Positions 55,858 through 64,000 of a stretch of 64,000 bases of DNA are shown here, one piece after another (position 1 is the stretch's first letter; each line of letters starts with the position of its first letter). The position numbers and the translations under genes were made by a program. Source of the stretch: Fibrobacter sp. (GTDB lineage: Bacteria > Fibrobacterota > Fibrobacteria > Fibrobacterales > Fibrobacteraceae). The notes below the pieces were generated by a model, which ran no database searches, was not told the origin of the DNA, and saw nothing but the letters and a program-made list of their open reading frames with translations. The stretch lies in assembly GCA_024398965.1 (NCBI GenBank), contig JAKSIF010000009.1:25581-89580 (forward strand). The letters run 5' to 3'.

Positions 55858-57232
55858 GCTGGATTTGAAAATTAAGGAACTGCTTGAAATTCTTGAAACC
55901 CAGGCTGTGGGCGTTAATGGCCGTACCCAGAACCGCAAGGTGAATCTTTGCATGGATTCCAGGGAACCTGCCAATGGTGTTGTTTTTTGGCCTCTTAAGG
56001 GTGCTCGTTTTGACGCCCACCAGTTTGTACCTCAAATGGAAAAGAATGGAGCTCTGATGAGTGTTGTGAATCAGGATGCCGTAGGTATTGAAACCTTTAA
56101 GATGTACGCACCGGTGGAAGATACCACCAAGGCACTTCTCAAACTGGCTAAGGGCTATCAGCGTAACTTTAAGGTTAAGAAGGTTGCCATTACTGGCAGT
56201 AATGGCAAGACTACGACCAAGGAAATGACCAAGGCAGTACTTTCCATGAAGTATAACACTCATGCAACAGCCGGTAATTACAACAACCATATCGGCGTTC
56301 CTATGACCTTGTTCCAGCTGAAGCATTCTCACGAAGCTGCCGTTATCGAAATGGGTACTAGCGGCCCCGATGAAATCCGCCCCCTTTCTTTGGCTGCAGA
56401 ACCGGATATCGCCGTGATTACCAATATCGGTGCTAGCCATCTGGAAAAGTTGAAGGATTACGATGGCGTATTTGCCGAAAAGAGAACCATCGTGGCTGGC
56501 CTTAAGAAGAATGGTCTTTTGATTGTAAATGCCGACGATGAACGTCTTTGCAAGCTTCGCAGCAATACCAGCTATAAGGTGGTAACCTTCGGTATCAAGC
56601 GTGGTATTTACAAGCCTGAAAAGCTGAGCTGGAACGAAGATAACTGCGCAACCTTCTACATTGGTCGCACCAAGTTCAGCCTGAAGGTTCCGGGTATCCA
56701 CAACGTTTATAACGCTCTGGCTGCAATCGCCATTGGCGAAGCTTATAAGGTTTCCAAGACCGATATCGCCAAGGCTCTCTCCAATTTCCATTCCACCAAT
56801 ATGCGTATGGAAATCAAGGTGGCCAACGGTTTCAAGATCGCTTCTGACTGCTACAATGCAAATCCCTCTTCTACCAAGATGGCTTTGCTGACTCTGGGTA
56901 GCGCTAGCGCAAACCGTCGTATCGCCATTCTTGGCGACATGCTGGAATTGGGTAGCCTTGCCGACAAGTTCCATCAGGAAATCGGCGCCATGGTTCCCGA
57001 AATGAATTTCGATATGCTTTTTACCGTTGGTGAAAAGTCCAAGCTGTATGTGAAGGGCGCAAAGGCCAAGGGCATGAAGAAGGCTTACCACTTCGAAAAT
57101 GTGGAAAGCCTTATCGCTAGCCTTACCGTAGTGGTTGCTGAAGGCGACTTGCTCTTGGTGAAGGGTAGCCGCGGTATGCATATGGAGCAGGTGGTTGACG
57201 CCATGCTAAAGCTGACAAAGGTAAGTGTTTAA
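55850..57232 (+). CDS. murF: UDP-MurNAc-tripeptide:D-Ala-D-Ala ligase
   Basis: ITGSNGKTTTKE, GNYNNHIGVP, IEMG, DCYNANPSS, LGDMLELG, KGSRGM. Confidence 0.95.
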   Translation: MFKLDLKIKELLEILETQAVGVNGRTQNRKVNLCMDSREPANGVVFWPLKGARFDAHQFVPQMEKNGALMSVVNQDAVGIETFKMYAPVEDTTKALLKLAKGYQRNFKVKKVAITGSNGKTTTKEMTKAVLSMKYNTHATAGNYNNHIGVPMTLFQLKHSHEAAVIEMGTSGPDEIRPLSLAAEPDIAVITNIGASHLEKLKDYDGVFAEKRTIVAGLKKNGLLIVNADDERLCKLRSNTSYKVVTFGIKRGIYKPEKLSWNEDNCATFYIGRTKFSLKVPGIHNVYNALAAIAIGEAYKVSKTDIAKALSNFHSTNMRMEIKVANGFKIASDCYNANPSSTKMALLTLGSASANRRIAILGDMLELGSLADKFHQEIGAMVPEMNFDMLFTVGEKSKLYVKGAKAKGMKKAYHFENVESLIASLTVVVAEGDLLLVKGSRGMHMEQVVDAMLKLTKVSV

Positions 57233-57264
57233 CAGATCTGTAAGGTTTGAATCGAAGGACTAAG

Positions 57265-58440
57265 ATGGACGAGCAAGTGCAACATCAGGGAATGAACAAG
57301 CTGCTGCTTATAGTAGTCTTGTTGCTGATTTGCTTCGGCGTGGCTGTGGTATATACCGCATCCGCTCCCTTTGCTGTTGCCCACGGACGTCCTGCAGAAT
57401 ACTATATGCTGGAACATCTGAAGAAGGCTGTTCCGGGTCTGATTGTGATGCTGTTTATTGGCCGCTTTATTGACTATGGCAACCTAAAGGTTTGGGGCCG
57501 CCTGTTCTTTGTAGGCGCTGCCATCTTGACTTTTATCGCCTTGATCCATGGCCATGGTGTCAAAGGTGCCAACCGTTGGATTTTCGGCTTGCAGCCTTCC
57601 GAATTCATGAAACTTGGCTTGATTATTTGGGTAAGCGTAAAGTTGTCTGAGGCTGGAGATAACATCAAGTCTCTTGCAGGAACATTGATCCAGCCGGGGA
57701 TCCCCTTTGGAATTACGGCCATACTGCTGGTGCTGCAGCCGAACTATTCCATGCTGATTATGGTAACCGGTATTGTCGTTAGCATTATGGTTGTTGCTGG
57801 CGTGAATTATAAGTACCTGGGCTATACTGCCCTGGGAGCCATACCTTTGGCCTTTGGCATCTTGATGAGTACTCATCACTCTAGAAACCGTATTCTTGCG
57901 TTCTTTGCAGAAGAAGGAAAAATGCAGGCTTCGAACTGGCAGGGTGATCATGCTTTGCAGGCTCTTGGCAATGGCGGATGGTTTGGCACAGGTTTTGGAC
58001 AGGGTGTTCAGAAGCTTGGTTACTTGCCTGAAGCACATAAGGATGTTGTATACGCAGTAATTGGTGAAGAGTTCGGCTTTATCGGCTTGTTTGTGATTCT
58101 TGCTCTCTTTGCAGTTCTTTTTGCTCAGGGCTTCAAGATTGCGCAGAATTCTGCAACCCGTTTTGGCAAGTACTTGGCTTTTGGTTTGACTCTTTCGCTG
58201 TTCCTGAACTTTTTGGTTCATGTATGCGTTTGCGTTGGATTGTTCCCCATGACGGGTCAGCCTTTGCCGTTCTTCAGCTACGGCGGAACGAATTTGATTT
58301 ATACCTCACTTGCTGTAGGGATCCTGTTGAACATTTCTCGTCCTACCTCTGGAAAGAAAGTCAAGGAACCTTACACCAGTGGTAGTTCGCTAGAAAGTAG
58401 CGTGTTTAGGAATTTTGATTTTTCAAGGAGAAACGCATGA
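57265..58440 (+). CDS. ftsW: SEDS-family peptidoglycan polymerase FtsW
   Basis: GANRWI, QPSEFMK, YLPEAHKD, IGEEFG, GQPLPFFSYGG. Confidence 0.93.
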   Translation: MDEQVQHQGMNKLLLIVVLLLICFGVAVVYTASAPFAVAHGRPAEYYMLEHLKKAVPGLIVMLFIGRFIDYGNLKVWGRLFFVGAAILTFIALIHGHGVKGANRWIFGLQPSEFMKLGLIIWVSVKLSEAGDNIKSLAGTLIQPGIPFGITAILLVLQPNYSMLIMVTGIVVSIMVVAGVNYKYLGYTALGAIPLAFGILMSTHHSRNRILAFFAEEGKMQASNWQGDHALQALGNGGWFGTGFGQGVQKLGYLPEAHKDVVYAVIGEEFGFIGLFVILALFAVLFAQGFKIAQNSATRFGKYLAFGLTLSLFLNFLVHVCVCVGLFPMTGQPLPFFSYGGTNLIYTSLAVGILLNISRPTSGKKVKEPYTSGSSLESSVFRNFDFSRRNA

Positions 58441-59540
58441 AGAAGTTTCTTTTCGTATGCGGCGGCACCGGTGGCCATATCTTTCCGGCGGTAGCCATTG
58501 CTGATAGCCTCAAGAAGATGGGCGTGACCGACATTACTTTTGCCGGCCGTAAGGATTCTATGGAAGAACGTCTTGTGGCTAAGAACTGGCCTTACGAATA
58601 CATTTCCGCAGTGCCTCTTCATCGTGGACCATTCCTTAAGAATTTGGCTCTGCCTTACAATTTGACAAAGTCTCTTGTTCGCGCCAAGAGCGTTATCAAG
58701 AAGGTTAAGCCCGATGTAGTTGTAGCTACCGGTGGTTACGTTTCTCTTCCCATTGTTCTTGCTGCAGGCTCCATGGGCGTGCCTGTCTATCTGCAGGAAC
58801 AGAATGCGGTTGCTGGCGTTGCCAATAAGATTGGTGCCCGCTATGCAAAGACCGTCTTTGTGACTTCTCCTGAAGCAGGTTCTTTCTTCCCTGCAGAAAA
58901 GGTTCAGGTTTTCGGAAATCCGGTTCGTGAACTTCCGTCGGGTGATTCCCTGGCCCGTCCTGCTGAATTTGCCGAAGGCAAGAAGGCTGTGTTTATCGTC
59001 GGTGGCTCTCAGGGTGCTGCTGGCATCAACAATAAGATTGAAGATAGCATTAAGGCTATTACCGCCCGTGACGATGTCTCTGTCGTTTGGCAGGTTGGGG
59101 TCAAGAACGTTGCTGCAATCAACGACCGCCTGGGTGAAATGCCCAATGTGGCAGTCCGTGGCTTCCTTGATGGTATCTATTCCTACATGAAGCATGCCGA
59201 CTTGATTATTAGCCGTGCAGGTGCATCCGCCTTGGCTGAAATTCTTGCCTTTGGCAAACCCTCCATTCTTTTGCCGTTCCCCCATGCCACTGCAAACCAC
59301 CAGGAACACAACGCTCGTGTTGTGGAAAAGGCTGGTGCAGCTCTTGTTGAATTGGATGCCGAAGACAATCACCTTTGGGAAAAGGTGGAATCTCTCCTGG
59401 CCGACGAAGGTCGCCTTGCAAATATGGCTGTCGCTGCAAAGAAGCTTGGCATGCCCGATGCTGCAGATCAGATCGCCAAGGTGATTATGGAAAAGGAATG
59501 CGGCTCTGTGAAGTCTGAAGAAGTAAAGGAGAATGCATAA
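58437..59540 (+). CDS. murG: Undecaprenyl-PP-MurNAc-pentapeptide GlcNAc transferase
   Basis: GGTGGHIFP, TGGYVS, EQNAVAG, GNPVR, GGSQGA, SRAGAS, NHQEHNA. Confidence 0.96.
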   Translation: MKKFLFVCGGTGGHIFPAVAIADSLKKMGVTDITFAGRKDSMEERLVAKNWPYEYISAVPLHRGPFLKNLALPYNLTKSLVRAKSVIKKVKPDVVVATGGYVSLPIVLAAGSMGVPVYLQEQNAVAGVANKIGARYAKTVFVTSPEAGSFFPAEKVQVFGNPVRELPSGDSLARPAEFAEGKKAVFIVGGSQGAAGINNKIEDSIKAITARDDVSVVWQVGVKNVAAINDRLGEMPNVAVRGFLDGIYSYMKHADLIISRAGASALAEILAFGKPSILLPFPHATANHQEHNARVVEKAGAALVELDAEDNHLWEKVESLLADEGRLANMAVAAKKLGMPDAADQIAKVIMEKECGSVKSEEVKENA

Positions 59541-60922
59541 TGCAGATTAATGATTGCAAGCGTGTCCGTCGACTCCATTTTGTTGGCATTGGTGGCGCAG
59601 GCATGTCTGGCATTGCAGAAGTTCTTCATGCCAATGGCTTTATCGTCAGTGGCTCCGACATGAGTGAAAGTGCCGTTGTGGATTATTTGCGCAATCTGGG
59701 TATTCGCGTAGATCCCAAGCACGATGCCAAGAATGTAGAAGACGCTGATCTGGTTGTCTATTCCTCCGCCGTTCCCCATGACAATCCGGAACTGGTTGAA
59801 GCTCGCAACCGTCGTATTCCTGTTATCAAGCGTGCAGAAATGCTTGGCGAACTGATGCGTATGAAGTATACGCTCTCTATCGCCGGTACTCACGGCAAGA
59901 CCACTACCACTTCCATCGTTGGCCAGATTTGGGAAGAAGCCGGATTGGATCCCACAATCATCGTTGGCGGTGTTGTAAAGGGTCACGGAAGTGGCGCCAA
60001 GGTGGGTAAGGGCAATTACCTCATTGCTGAATCCGACGAATTTGACCGCAGCTTCCTTTCTATGATGCCTTCTTCTGCCATCATTACCAACATTGATGCA
60101 GACCATTTGGATACTTACGAAAATATCGAAGACATCAAGGACGCTTTCGTACAGTTTGCAAATAAGATTCCGTTCTACGGCCAGATTATCCTTTGCCTTG
60201 ACGATTCCAACGTGCAGCAGATTTTGGCTCGCTTGAAGAAGCCTGTGATTACTTACGGATTCTCTCGCCAGGCTAAGTACCGCGTGGACAACCTTCGCTT
60301 TGAAAAGGGTTTCCCTGTATTTGAAATTTTGAATGACGGTGTTTCTCTGGGTGAATTCAAGCTCCAGATTCCTGGCCGCCATAACGTGCTGAACGCTACC
60401 GCTGCAGTGGCCCTTGCCATTGAAGAAGGCATTTCTGCCGATATCGCCCGCAAGGCTGTAGCTGCTTTCGAAGGTGTTAAGCGCCGCTTTGAATTTATCG
60501 GTGAAAAGAATGACGTGATGGTCTTTGATGACTATGCTCATCATCCGACTGAAGCAACTGCAACCTTGCTTGGCTTCCGCGATGCATTCCCGGACAAGCG
60601 TGTAATCGTTGCTTTCCAGCCTCATCTTTTTACTCGTACCCGCGACCAGCACGAAGCTTTTGGTAGTGCTTTTGCCAACTGCGATGTTCTGCTTGCAACC
60701 GATATTTACCCTGCCCGTGAAAAGCCTATTGAAGGTGTGACCGGCAAGTTGGTTTCTGATAGTGCAACGAATCGCGGCCATCGTGATGCTCGCTTTATCG
60801 GAAGCCTAGATAATTTGATTCCTGAACTCAAGAAGACTCTTCGCCCTGGTGACGTGGTAGTCCTGATGGGTGCAGGCAGCATCTATAAACTGGGCGAAAC
60901 AATTCTTGAGGAATGTCTCTAA
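59540..60922 (+). CDS. murC: UDP-MurNAc:L-alanine ligase
   Basis: HFVGIGGAGMSGIA, AGTHGKTTTTS, AESDEFDRSFL, DDYAHHPTE, FQPH, MGAG. Confidence 0.97.
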   Translation: MQINDCKRVRRLHFVGIGGAGMSGIAEVLHANGFIVSGSDMSESAVVDYLRNLGIRVDPKHDAKNVEDADLVVYSSAVPHDNPELVEARNRRIPVIKRAEMLGELMRMKYTLSIAGTHGKTTTTSIVGQIWEEAGLDPTIIVGGVVKGHGSGAKVGKGNYLIAESDEFDRSFLSMMPSSAIITNIDADHLDTYENIEDIKDAFVQFANKIPFYGQIILCLDDSNVQQILARLKKPVITYGFSRQAKYRVDNLRFEKGFPVFEILNDGVSLGEFKLQIPGRHNVLNATAAVALAIEEGISADIARKAVAAFEGVKRRFEFIGEKNDVMVFDDYAHHPTEATATLLGFRDAFPDKRVIVAFQPHLFTRTRDQHEAFGSAFANCDVLLATDIYPAREKPIEGVTGKLVSDSATNRGHRDARFIGSLDNLIPELKKTLRPGDVVVLMGAGSIYKLGETILEECL

Positions 60923-60961
60923 GGGTCTTTCGCAATTGTAGAAGCTGATTGGAGTAACTGA

Positions 60962-61804
60962 GTGAACGAACGTAAAACCACATTGCTTGGACGCCGCATG
61001 GGCTATAACGAGCAGAAGAAAAGAATGGAACGCAACCAGAAGATAAAGGCTGCGTGTTCCCGAGCTTTTCACTGGTTTAAACGTGGTGGCTGGATTGCAT
61101 GCGTGGTCGTTGTTGCTGCAATTGCTGTTCTGTGGCAGCAGCGATTCTACCTGCAGCAGGTCAGCCCTCTCAAGCTTCGTCACTTGCAGCGTGTTGAAAT
61201 CGAAGGCAACAGAATGCTTTCTTGGGATGATGTGATGCAGAATGCTCAGGTTGAAACTGGCATGCTCATGTCTGAACTGGATCCGGATTCCGTGAAGGCG
61301 GCCCTTATGGCTCTTCCGCTGATTCGTTCTGTTGAAGTGGAGAAAAAGTTCCCGTCTTCCTTGTTCATCAAGTTGCAGGAATCCACACCGGTTCTTTCTG
61401 TGCTTAGTGAAGGTTCTGCTGTGGTCTATTCAGAAAAGGGCGTGCCGCTGCCTCACTCGATGGCTACGGCAATGCGCTTGCCTGTAATGGATGTTGAATC
61501 TATGGAAAAGGTTAAGGTCCTTGCCGAATTCCTGAACGAAATGCGTGACAACGATAAGGACCTGTACGAGAAGGTTTCTCAGATTGGCTGGAGCGAAAAG
61601 GATAAGGCAATTGAAGTGTTCTACAAGGATGTAGGCTTCAAGGTTCTCTTTTCCGCAAACGGCTGGACTAAGGACGATTTTAGACTGTATAACTCGCTGG
61701 GTACAGGTTTCGTAAAGGACTTGATCTGTGCAGGCGAAGTGGATATGAGATTTCACGGTTTTGCGTACGTAAGACATTATGACAAGAGGTGTGTCAATGG
61801 ATGA
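60962..61804 (+). CDS. ftsQ: Cell division protein FtsQ/DivIB
   Basis: TM helix, POTRA (VEIEGNRML...IRSVEVEKKFP), C-terminal VDMRF; position before ftsA. Confidence 0.85.
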   Translation: MNERKTTLLGRRMGYNEQKKRMERNQKIKAACSRAFHWFKRGGWIACVVVVAAIAVLWQQRFYLQQVSPLKLRHLQRVEIEGNRMLSWDDVMQNAQVETGMLMSELDPDSVKAALMALPLIRSVEVEKKFPSSLFIKLQESTPVLSVLSEGSAVVYSEKGVPLPHSMATAMRLPVMDVESMEKVKVLAEFLNEMRDNDKDLYEKVSQIGWSEKDKAIEVFYKDVGFKVLFSANGWTKDDFRLYNSLGTGFVKDLICAGEVDMRFHGFAYVRHYDKRCVNG

Positions 61805-63038
61805 GTCAAAACAAATGAATAAGAAGGAAAACTATATCTTCGGCCTTGATATCGGGTCTTCGAAGGTAAACCTTTTTGTTGGAATTTCCGAGGGCGATTC
61901 TGTCCGCGTTGTTGAATGCGGGGATTTTCCGCTGGCTAACGCAGAAGAGCAGGACCTTGTCGTGGATACACTGCAGAAGGCCGCTCAGATGCTGGAACGT
62001 TCCGCAGGCGTTGATGTACGCGACGTTTACGTTGGCATTGCCGGAAAGCACGTGCAGTCTTTCCGTTACGAAGGCCTTATCACTTTGCCTACTGGCGAAG
62101 TTCGTGAAGAAGATATTGAAAACGTAAAGAAGCAGGCAAGTACGCTGCCAGCTTCTGCTGGCGAAATCATCCATGTATTCCCGGGTGAATACACCTTGGA
62201 CGACGACAAGCACATTCGCAATCCGAAGGGACTTTCTGGCCGCCGCCTTGGCGTAGAAGTCCAGCTGGTGACCTCTCGCCAGAACGCATTGCAGAACCTG
62301 ATCAAGTGCGTAACTCGTGCTGGTCTTAACGTGGCAGGCTTTGTGCTGGAACCTCTTGCAGCCGCCTGTGCCGTTTTGACTGACGATGAACGCGAACTTG
62401 GCGTGGCTCTTGTGGATATCGGTGCTGGCTCTGCTGATATCGCAGTCTTTGTCAATGATTCTGTGCGCTACACGGCCTCTCTTGATTTGGCTGGTAATGT
62501 AATCACCAGCGATATCAGTAAGTGCCTGAACGTGCCTATCTCTTTGAGCAAGGCAGAAGAAATCAAGAAGAAGTTTGGCACCTGCGTTCTTAGTACCTTG
62601 AACGAAAATGAAACATTCCCGGTTCCTGCTGTGGGTGACCGTGGTGATGTTCCCTGCTCTCGTAAGCTTCTTGCAAACGTGATCGCTGCACGTATACACG
62701 AAATTTTCATGCTGTTGTCTAATGACCTTAAAAAGCATCAGCTTGACACAATTATTAATGGCGGCATTGTTTTGACTGGTGGCTGCTGTGCTTTGGAAGG
62801 CATTGAAAATGTTGCATCCAAGGCCTTTGGCAAGCCGGTTCGCATTGGACATCCTAAGGGCATGAGCGGAATCCAGGAGGCTTTCCAGAATCCGTCCTAT
62901 GCAACTGGTATTGGCCTTCTGCACTATGCAAACAAGCAGAGCCGCGAAAGAAAACGCAACGAAACTGGTGCCCAGATTAAGGTTTCTATGAAGAAGGGTT
63001 TCCAGCGTTTCGTTGAATTTATCAGAACTTATTTCTAA
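61797..63038 (+). CDS. ftsA: Cell division protein FtsA
   Basis: GLDIGSSKV, LEPLAAA, VDIGAG, AEEIKK, VLTGG, YATGIGLL, C-terminal amphipathic FQRFVEFIRTYF. Confidence 0.95.
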   Translation: MDESKQMNKKENYIFGLDIGSSKVNLFVGISEGDSVRVVECGDFPLANAEEQDLVVDTLQKAAQMLERSAGVDVRDVYVGIAGKHVQSFRYEGLITLPTGEVREEDIENVKKQASTLPASAGEIIHVFPGEYTLDDDKHIRNPKGLSGRRLGVEVQLVTSRQNALQNLIKCVTRAGLNVAGFVLEPLAAACAVLTDDERELGVALVDIGAGSADIAVFVNDSVRYTASLDLAGNVITSDISKCLNVPISLSKAEEIKKKFGTCVLSTLNENETFPVPAVGDRGDVPCSRKLLANVIAARIHEIFMLLSNDLKKHQLDTIINGGIVLTGGCCALEGIENVASKAFGKPVRIGHPKGMSGIQEAFQNPSYATGIGLLHYANKQSRERKRNETGAQIKVSMKKGFQRFVEFIRTYF

Positions 63039-63069
63039 CAACATCAACACTCAATCAGGGAGATATAAA

Positions 63070-64000
63070 ATGAGTGAATCTACAAGAATCAATTTCGATG
63101 CAACTTCTCGCATCATGGGTGAAGACACCTCTTCTCGCAATGCCAAGGTCAAGGTCTTTGGCGTTGGTGGTGCAGGTGGCAATACCGTTAACCGTATGAA
63201 GCAGATGAATATTGAAGGCGTAGAATACTATGCCGTCAATACCGATGCAATGGCTCTTGACTTGAGCCTCGCTGATCACAAGATTGTCATTGGCGAAAAG
63301 ACCACCAAGGGTCTCGGTGCAGGTATGGAACCCGAAAAGGCCGGCAAGGCCGTTGAAGAAAATATCGAGGAACTCAAGGAAGCCATGAAGGGCGCCGACA
63401 TGGTGTTCGTCACTGCCGGTATGGGCGGTGGTACCGGTACCGGTGCTGCACCTATCGTTGCAAACGTGGCTCGCGAACTGGGTATCTTGACTGTTGCTGT
63501 TGTGACCAAGCCTTTCCGCTTCGAAGGCAACGCTCGTGCAAAGATTGCTCAGGAAGGTATCAAGAACCTCCGCGCTGCAGTTGACACCATCATCGTTGTT
63601 GAAAACAAGAAGCTCCTGGGTCTGCTCCAGACTTCTAATCCTTCTGCAACTATGGAAGAAGCCTTCAAGATGGCTGACGAAATTCTCGGCAATGCAGTCC
63701 AGAGCATCTGTGGCATTATGTTCCACCACGGCCTGGTCCATGTTGACTTTGCTGATATCCGTAAGGTCATGCTCAAGGGTGGTAGCGCTCTTATGGGTAC
63801 TGGCTGCGCTCAGGGTGAAAAGCGTGGTATTGCTGCTGCCGACTTGGCTCTTGCATCTCCGCTTCTGGAAGACATTGATGTTCGCGGTGCATCTGGCGTG
63901 CTCATCAACGTTGCCCATGGCGAAAACTACTCTTTGATTGAACACAGTGATGCTATGGAACACATTTACGAACGCGTTGGTGAAGAAGGTGATCCCAACA
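63070..64000 (+). CDS. ftsZ: Cell division protein FtsZ (3' end runs off the window)
   Basis: Translated by hand from ATG 63070: KVFGVGGAGGNTVNRM, AVNTDAMAL, AGMGGGTGTG tubulin signature, KPFRFEG, VDFADIR. Confidence 0.97.
   Translation, partial: MSESTRINFDATSRIMGEDTSSRNAKVKVFGVGGAGGNTVNRMKQMNIEGVEYYAVNTDAMALDLSLADHKIVIGEKTTKGLGAGMEPEKAGKAVEENIEELKEAMKGADMVFVTAGMGGGTGTGAAPIVANVARELGILTVAVVTKPFRFEGNARAKIAQEGIKNLRAAVDTIIVVENKKLLGLLQTSNPSATMEEAFKMADEILGNAVQSICGIMFHHGLVHVDFADIRKVMLKGGSALMGTGCAQGEKRGIAAADLALASPLLEDIDVRGASGVLINVAHGENYSLIEHSDAMEHIYERVGEEGDPN

Overview
Bacterial chromosomal window, most likely Fibrobacter sp. (Fibrobacterota). This is inferred from the modular pectinases with CBM35 and basic C-terminal domains, the many Cys-lipoproteins and the gene order; no database search was possible. 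Left third: PL1 pectate lyase (runs off the left edge), TraB-family protein, cmk-rpsA, acyltransferase-3, coaBC, a catalytically degenerate UDG-fold gene, dnaB, mlaE-mlaF, a PL10 pectate lyase/CE8 pectin methylesterase pair, and monomeric icd. The middle (about 22.4-39.3 kb) is an accessory region. It holds a deletion scar, an IS200-derived MITE filled with a 38-bp palindrome array, and an AT-richer four-gene type IV minor-pilin operon (FimT/PilV/PilW/PilX-like) ending in a giant 2819-aa PilX-adhesin fusion. After it come a complete IS200 whose right-end hairpin is split by an IS3-family element, an archaeal-type AAA ATPase, and a solo OLD-family nuclease with an altered Walker B motif. Right third: LamG lipoprotein, bamA (large POTRA insertion)-skp, ettA, orphan ABC-2 permease, FliB-like protein, and a dcw cluster (mraZ to ftsZ, truncated at the right edge) lacking mraY and murD. 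No rRNA, tRNA or CRISPR array was seen. Best candidates for new biology: the IS200-bracketed giant-PilX operon, the palindrome-array MITE, the UDG pseudoenzyme and the variant OLD nuclease.
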